In this document: positions 58,319 to 64,000 of the stretch, piece by piece
How positions within the stretch are numbered: the first letter of the stretch is position 1
Layout of the letters: the number at the start of each line of letters is the position of its first letter
Source: a virus
Taxonomy: Duplodnaviria; Caudoviricetes
IMG/VR virus record: IMGVR_UViG_3300032075_000001
Span: 11,382-75,381 of that record
DNA: 64,000 bases
Strand: one strand, 5' to 3'
The notes under the pieces: model-generated
Seen by the model: the letters and a program-made list of their open reading frames with translations, nothing else
What the model was told of the DNA's origin: nothing
The model's database searches: none
Translations under genes and position numbers: made by a program

Positions 58319-60475
58319 ATGGCGATTATCAATAAACGCACTGGTGTTGATTACGTCGGCAACTTACAACAGGCAATCAATGAGGCAGCAGGCGGAGATG
58401 TAATCACTATCGCTGCAAATTCCCCTGTAGTTGCAAATATCACCTTACCGAACAAGGCTATTGATAAAGAGATCATCGTCCAAAGCGATCGCGTAGATGA
58501 GTTGCCTGTCGGCGAGCGAATCAATCCAGCAACGCAATCCACGCTACTCGCAAAGATTCAGGGAAGTGTTCCGGCTGAGCCTATTATTCAGACCGCGCCC
58601 GGAGCGCATCACTACAGGTTCGTTGGAATCGAGATCTCCACGATGAGCGAGTCGTCAGTGGTCTACGACTTGATTCGACTTGGCAAAGGGGCCGACGAAC
58701 AGAGAGCAGTGGACTCGGTCCCGCATCATATCGTTATTGACCGTTGTTATGTTCATGGATGGAGTTCGCGGGATGTGCAGCGCGGCGTGAGTTTGAATAG
58801 CGCTGAGACTACCATCAGCAACTCCTATTTCTCCGAGATTCACGGCGCAGGATTCGACACGCAGGCAATCTGTGGCTGGAACGGGCCGGGCCCTTTTCAT
58901 ATCATCAACAACTACCTCGAAGCAGCGGGCGAAAACATCATGTTTGGCGGCTCCGATCCGGCTATAGAAGCGCTCACTCCGTCGAGCATTGAGATTCGCC
59001 GCAACTACGTCTTCAAGCCGCTGACATGGAAAGTTGGACATCCAACCTACGCAGGCCATCACTGGACCGTGAAGAATCTACTGGAGTTAAAGAACGCAAA
59101 GGATGTCGTCATCGATGGAAACGTGTTTGAGAACAATTGGGCCGATGGGCAAAGCGGTGTGCCAATTCTATTTACGGTTCGTAATCAAGATTGTTTCGCG
59201 CCGTGGTCCACGATTCAAAATGTTGTGTTCACGAATAACATCGTGAAGAACGCAACGGGCGGAGGTGTTAACTTCCTTGGAGTGGACAACGAATCGTTGA
59301 CTACTACTTCGGGTTCGTGTCTGGATAAAAGTGGTCAGCCAAAAGCTAACGCAAAGCCGGGCTCGATTCGCGGTGATAACGTCCTACTACGAAACAACCT
59401 GTTCACCGACATTGGCAGCAACTTTCTCACGCTGAACGGCTTCAATAACGTCGTCTTTGACCGTAACACGCACGTTCAGCAGGGAAACTTAATGACGCTG
59501 TACGGCGACCAGTCGGCAGGATTCAGGTACACCAACAATCTCACCGTGGACCATGATTACGGCATCTTCGGTGACGGTGGGACGAGTGGAGTGGCAGCGC
59601 TGGCGAAGTTCACACCGAGTTCGATTGTGACCGGGAACACGATCGTGAAGCCGTATGACAAAGGCGCATATCCAACTGGAAACAACTACCCCGACACGCT
59701 TGTGATTCCGAGTGACTGGCGCAGTCCGATTGCCGGAGTTGGCGCTGATATTGATGCACTACTGGCGGCGCAGAGTAGTACAGCGAGCGTGCCTATTCCT
59801 ACGCCTACGCCCGATCTTGTTCCAGTACCGATTCCTGTACCTGTACCAATCCCTGCCCCTGCCCCGATACCCATCGGCTCGCAGATCCAGGTCATCAGTC
59901 GGGTTAACGTCAGAGAAGCGCCGACGACTTCCAGTACGATTAAGCGAGTGGCCGAAGTTGGCGAAACTGGAGTCACGACCGGAGCAACTCAACTTGATGC
60001 AGTCAGTGGCAATGTTTTCGTTCCAGTGGATTTCACTACCGATCTTGACGGGTTCGTGGCGGTTCAATTCCTGAGCGTAGCAGATCCGGTTCCTGTGCCT
60101 ATTCCTGCACCGACTCCCACGCCAACCCCGGACCCGGTTCCAGCGCCGCCTCCCGTTCCGACACCAGTACCAACTCCTACGCCAGTCCCCGCCCCTGTGC
60201 CTTGCGTAATGACAGTCAGCGTTAGTCCTGCAACGCTCCCGCAGTGGGGTAGTGGTAAGCTGGTTGTGACTCTTTCCGGCTTGACCGGAAGCACAACTAT
60301 CAAAGCAACTTCCACCTCGGGACAGGTAGCAGTCACCCCAACATCGAAGTCGGTTAATCCCGGTAACGCTACCAGCGCGATCGTCGAGTTTCAACTACAA
60401 ACCAAGAGAAAGTCCGGGACAGTGATAGTTACTGGGCCGTGTGGGACACAGACGGTGACGGTGAACGTACATTAG
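58319..60475 (+). CDS. Right-handed beta-helix (pectate-lyase-like) protein with Pro-rich linkers, an SH3-like and an Ig-like domain
   Basis: LQQAINEAAGGDVITI, HIVIDRCYVHG, IINNYLEAAGENIMFGG, VIDGNVFEN repeats; PVP/PTP linkers; VNVREAPTTSS SH3-like segment. Confidence 0.8.
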   Translation: MAIINKRTGVDYVGNLQQAINEAAGGDVITIAANSPVVANITLPNKAIDKEIIVQSDRVDELPVGERINPATQSTLLAKIQGSVPAEPIIQTAPGAHHYRFVGIEISTMSESSVVYDLIRLGKGADEQRAVDSVPHHIVIDRCYVHGWSSRDVQRGVSLNSAETTISNSYFSEIHGAGFDTQAICGWNGPGPFHIINNYLEAAGENIMFGGSDPAIEALTPSSIEIRRNYVFKPLTWKVGHPTYAGHHWTVKNLLELKNAKDVVIDGNVFENNWADGQSGVPILFTVRNQDCFAPWSTIQNVVFTNNIVKNATGGGVNFLGVDNESLTTTSGSCLDKSGQPKANAKPGSIRGDNVLLRNNLFTDIGSNFLTLNGFNNVVFDRNTHVQQGNLMTLYGDQSAGFRYTNNLTVDHDYGIFGDGGTSGVAALAKFTPSSIVTGNTIVKPYDKGAYPTGNNYPDTLVIPSDWRSPIAGVGADIDALLAAQSSTASVPIPTPTPDLVPVPIPVPVPIPAPAPIPIGSQIQVISRVNVREAPTTSSTIKRVAEVGETGVTTGATQLDAVSGNVFVPVDFTTDLDGFVAVQFLSVADPVPVPIPAPTPTPTPDPVPAPPPVPTPVPTPTPVPAPVPCVMTVSVSPATLPQWGSGKLVVTLSGLTGSTTIKATSTSGQVAVTPTSKSVNPGNATSAIVEFQLQTKRKSGTVIVTGPCGTQTVTVNVH

Positions 60476-60672
60476 GCCGCCTTCTGGTCCCATCGTGGAT
60501 TGTGGCAGCGCTTGTTCGGGCAGACCATCGGAACGCCTTTGCGGCTAACCCACTCGTAGCCGCAGCGTTCACATTTGCAGTGATACTGATTCTTGGTGAT
60601 CTGTTTCTTCATTTTTGCACCTTCCGATTTCCCGCGCGCCATTCTTCGGCTGTTAGTAGTAGCCACGCCCAC
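60472..60672 (-). CDS. Small zinc-ribbon protein
   Basis: CKCERCGYEWVSRKGVPMVCPNKRCHNPRWD; probable start MKKQ. Confidence 0.7.
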   Translation of the reverse strand: MGVATTNSRRMARGKSEGAKMKKQITKNQYHCKCERCGYEWVSRKGVPMVCPNKRCHNPRWDQKAA

Positions 60673-62549
60673 TGCAAATAATCAGCGCGTGTTCGCGGAT
60701 CGTCAAAGAAGATATGGAAGTCTCCGGCCTGATATGCGCTTGCATTCAGCACCTTTTCTGTCGGCACCGTGAGACGGCACGTGATTGGGCCACTATGCCC
60801 CCAAGTCTCACGCTCGCGATCCTTTGTCCATGAGTACGAGCAGCCCTTCTTCGAGATTTGCTTGACCGTGGCGAGTTTGCCGGGGCCGTCATTGCCCGGA
60901 GGCGAATAACGCGAGATGTCGCGGTGGTGTTGAATTCTCCAATTATTGCGACATGCTCTGTTGTACTTTTCCGCTTCAAGCATCCGCCAATAGTCATGCT
61001 GACCAACCGTAATCGATCCGACTTTCAGCGATTCGTTAAGCTTCGCCCGATAGGCTTCAAAGTCCGGCGCATCCCCGCTTACAAGTCCGCGAGTATCGTC
61101 ATAGATCAGTCGAATGGCCTGACCGAATCCTTCTGGCGACCACAGTTGCCATGGTGGGTGAGGGTGAAACGTGGGCGACCGATCCAAGAGTCCCTGAAGC
61201 ACTAGAACAAGGCGATTGTGCTTGTCGATCTGATCTTGAATGAACTCAGAGATGTCATCGTAATAAACAGTTTCAGGCGACCACAGAATATATTTTCCGT
61301 GGTAATCCTTTGGATCCGGGCCATTGCTAAATCTACTGAACCCCGGCTCTAGCCACCAGCTATCTTTGGGAACCTTTCGGGCACGCAGGTCACGAACCAA
61401 AGCGGCGTGGTGCTGTCGCGCCTTCTTATAATCTTCAATCAGCCCTTGATACTCACTCTCGCCAATAACGCGCTCCACTTTACCCCAATCGTGCTTGGCG
61501 TATACCGTGCCGTTAAGATTCGACCGCTCGCTATCAGGGAACAATTGTGCGCCAAACTCAATCCCGGTATTCAATCGAAAGACCTGCTCGCCATTTCGCA
61601 TGTATAGAAATGTCAGCTTGTCATAGTCTTGCTCGCGAGCAAACAGCATCCGAATGAAGTCATCAATGCTGGCAATCTCGCGCTTCTTTTCTTTGCGTCT
61701 TACTTGGAAGGCAAGAATGCAGCGCGGGTGCGGCAAAAGGCGTTTAAGGTTTGCGGGCACGACTAGCCATTTGTCGAAGGCTCCGAGATTCTTAAACTCC
61801 ATGCCGCCGGTTTCGTATTCAGCTAAGCACTCCTCGTCCATGTACGCGCGGCGTTGGAACAAGTGAATCGGCTCAGACATCGGCGCGGGTTCGCCTTTCT
61901 TGATCTCTTTTACCTGCTCGACCAAGCCCGCGTAGAGTTCAACGTTAAAAATTCGCCCCTGAATCAACTCAATCGCGGGTTTGAGTGTTTCAACCTCTGC
62001 TTCCAACGGGAGGAGCGCGGCCTGCATCCATGCGCCCATGTGTTCATTGTTCTGCCTGATCTGCCTAAAGAGATCGGGCAGAGTCTTCTCCTTCGCTTTG
62101 ACGAGCGCCTTTTTGTAGTCCTTCACGTTGACGCCCTTACTGCGTAGAACAAGCGCCTCAGTGTCGTCGCCGTCGTTAAGTTCCCGGCGTGGCGCGATCG
62201 CAAGACTAGCCGTGACTCGTTGAACTTCACCCATTAGTCGCTTGGTTTCTTGCTGATACTCCAAAACGCAATCCTGAATGATCTGTTCAGCATGTAATTC
62301 AGCTTCACATAGTTTGTGGAATTCGTTTAGGTGAACGCGCTCTGTCTCACTACCGTTATAGACCCCGGCCCTGCTTAGCTCAATATAGTTCGAGCCGAGG
62401 TGCGTCACGCAGCCAAGCCAGCGTACCTTCTTGCCGCGATAGTCTTCAGTTGTAACCCAATACCATTGGCCGCTGACTATTTCTCTGCCGTTGGATTCTT
62501 CGCGGGAAACACGTGCCGATGTTTGCAGGGCGTCTTTCACAATCGACAC
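60609..62549 (-). CDS. Large hypothetical protein (646 aa) with coiled coils
   Basis: Long open frame antisense to the late genes; no motif recognised. Confidence 0.7.
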   Translation of the reverse strand: MSIVKDALQTSARVSREESNGREIVSGQWYWVTTEDYRGKKVRWLGCVTHLGSNYIELSRAGVYNGSETERVHLNEFHKLCEAELHAEQIIQDCVLEYQQETKRLMGEVQRVTASLAIAPRRELNDGDDTEALVLRSKGVNVKDYKKALVKAKEKTLPDLFRQIRQNNEHMGAWMQAALLPLEAEVETLKPAIELIQGRIFNVELYAGLVEQVKEIKKGEPAPMSEPIHLFQRRAYMDEECLAEYETGGMEFKNLGAFDKWLVVPANLKRLLPHPRCILAFQVRRKEKKREIASIDDFIRMLFAREQDYDKLTFLYMRNGEQVFRLNTGIEFGAQLFPDSERSNLNGTVYAKHDWGKVERVIGESEYQGLIEDYKKARQHHAALVRDLRARKVPKDSWWLEPGFSRFSNGPDPKDYHGKYILWSPETVYYDDISEFIQDQIDKHNRLVLVLQGLLDRSPTFHPHPPWQLWSPEGFGQAIRLIYDDTRGLVSGDAPDFEAYRAKLNESLKVGSITVGQHDYWRMLEAEKYNRACRNNWRIQHHRDISRYSPPGNDGPGKLATVKQISKKGCSYSWTKDRERETWGHSGPITCRLTVPTEKVLNASAYQAGDFHIFFDDPRTRADYLQWAWLLLTAEEWRAGNRKVQK

Positions 62550-62629
62550 CGTACCACAACTCAGTATTACAAGTCAACCCTTGCAACAAATTCGTGACTT
62601 ACAACGGTGTTTATGGGATACTGCTGACT

Positions 62630-63103
62630 ATGAAACGCTCCAATCAAACTCGCCACCTTGCAATCCTGCTCACTGTTTCACTAATCGCCTACTCAGGCTA
62701 TGGATTCGCCTGTTCCGTTTCCGATGTTAGCCGGGTCAAGAAGAAAGTTGCTGACGCTGCGGCAATCCTGAATACGGCAGCAAAATCCAATCGTTCCCTG
62801 TATCAGTCAGGACTATACGGCGCGACGGGCTCGCCTGAAGCAATTGCCAAGCGCCAGAAGGTTGCTACTGCGATTCATCAAGCGAATGAGTACCTATCGC
62901 TTGCTGTCGAACGCGCTGCGAACTTACAACCGAGCGATCTCGAAGTTGGCAAGGCAAATATCGTATCATTACTTCAACAGGCAACCTCAGTACTCGCCGC
63001 TCTCAACATCGACAACGAGAACATTCGCGCAGTGATCACCAGCGCAGTCACGGCTATTAACGCCGCCGTTACGCTCACGCTCGCGATAAAAGGAGGCAAG
63101 TAA
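62630..63103 (+). CDS. Putative lipoprotein
   Basis: Basic N-terminus, hydrophobic stretch and GYGFAC lipobox-like Cys, followed by amphipathic helices. Confidence 0.55.
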   Translation: MKRSNQTRHLAILLTVSLIAYSGYGFACSVSDVSRVKKKVADAAAILNTAAKSNRSLYQSGLYGATGSPEAIAKRQKVATAIHQANEYLSLAVERAANLQPSDLEVGKANIVSLLQQATSVLAALNIDNENIRAVITSAVTAINAAVTLTLAIKGGK

Positions 63104-63993
63104 TGGCTGCGACACTAATTGGAATCATCGGCGCAATTAACACCTTGACTCCCTTGGCAACGCAGTTGATTAATCAGTTGCGGCAGACTGGTGAGACAGA
63201 CGAGCAGGTGATCGCGAGAGCGCGCGCATTAGCTGCTGAGACGAAGAAGATCGCTGAAGAAGACATGGGTAATCAGGCATAGAATTGACAATGCGGCATC
63301 GAATCGAGGGATCGCCTGTCCACTGGAATACGCAGTCGATTGTTCGGGGGACTTCGATGCCGCAGGATTTGATGAGAAGGAGCAGCTTATATGGTTGACG
63401 AATCCCCTGACCCCAACACTGAAGGCGTAGGCTACTCGCAAATCATCCTTCCGACGCAAACGCTCGTGGACATTGGTCGGAACTTGCGTGACAAGAAGGA
63501 TCTCACCGACGAGCAGAAGAGTGAGTTACTGAGTGCAATCATGCGAGGGGTTGGTTAAGCAGGCTAAGCACCTTCAGCTAGAGAAAGGAACCGCATGGCC
63601 GATGATGGCAACCGACAAGTAGTGCTATCGCTGAGTTCAGCAACAATGAATCTCAGCCCTGAGCAGTTCGCAGCGCTCGACACGAAACTCGGCGGGATTG
63701 ATGGCGCGATCAATAAACTCGCTGAGGGTATCTCCGCACCTGACACGAGCGTCGCGGCTGAGATCTCCTTGTTGAGAAATGAAGTCGGGATGCGGCTGAC
63801 CGCGCTCAACGAGACTATCGTGCAAGCCTCTGAGAACCTCGGCAAGTGGCTGGCCGCGATTGCGTTAGCTGCTGCTAATCCCGACAATAACACCGACGAA
63901 GTACAACAACACATAGACGAAGCCGCGAGTGCCGTTAGAACCGCTCGCGAGAAACTGCAAACATCCGTAGATAATCAAACTAAAGGAGACTGA
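63103..63993 (+). other. Small late genes 63103-63282, 63391-63558 and 63595-63993
   Basis: GGAGG or AAGGA RBSs and helical or coiled-coil products; possibly lysis-related, but not demonstrable. Confidence 0.5.
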
Positions 63994-64000
63994 TATGCCT

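Noticed and set aside
59780-60200. Tandem repeats in DNA
   Set aside because: They are explained by Pro-Val/Pro-Thr linker coding, with variable third positions.
62630-63993. Naming spanin, holin or endolysin genes
   Set aside because: Only a lipobox-like Cys and helical character are visible; no catalytic lysin motif was found, so specific names are unsupported.
1-64000. Stop-codon reassignment (alternative genetic code)
   Set aside because: Structural genes are long and intact in the standard code, TAG, TGA and TAA all end genes, and neither intact tRNA has a suppressor anticodon.

Overview
This window is most of the genome of a tailed, siphovirus-like bacteriophage, read in the standard code. 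No integrase, CI-type repressor, DNA polymerase, primase domain or endolysin is recognisable in the window. Layout: 0-4.5 kb recombination and replication genes (Sak4-like ATPase, PD-(D/E)XK nuclease, D5-like SF3 helicase, putative origin). 4.5-27.6 kb is a dense accessory region of small ORFs that also holds the small terminase, an intein-containing large terminase and several tRNA or tRNA-like genes. 27.7-39.8 kb holds a giant repeat fibre-like protein, a glycosyltransferase-methyltransferase, the portal and two endonucleases. 39.9-57.8 kb holds HK97-type head, neck and tail genes with a -1 frameshifted chaperone. 58-64 kb holds a beta-helix depolymerase-like gene, an antisense cassette and probable membrane or lysis genes. 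The most striking locus is 24.1-25.2 kb. There, an uncharacterised 243-aa protein gene is followed by a circularly permuted, anticodon-less tRNA-Gly-like element (3' half with encoded CCA placed before the 5' half). Both open ends of that element carry tracts with an adenine every sixth base, and a tRNA-Ile(UAU) and a terminator-like hairpin follow. All family assignments come from motif recognition by eye, not from database searches.
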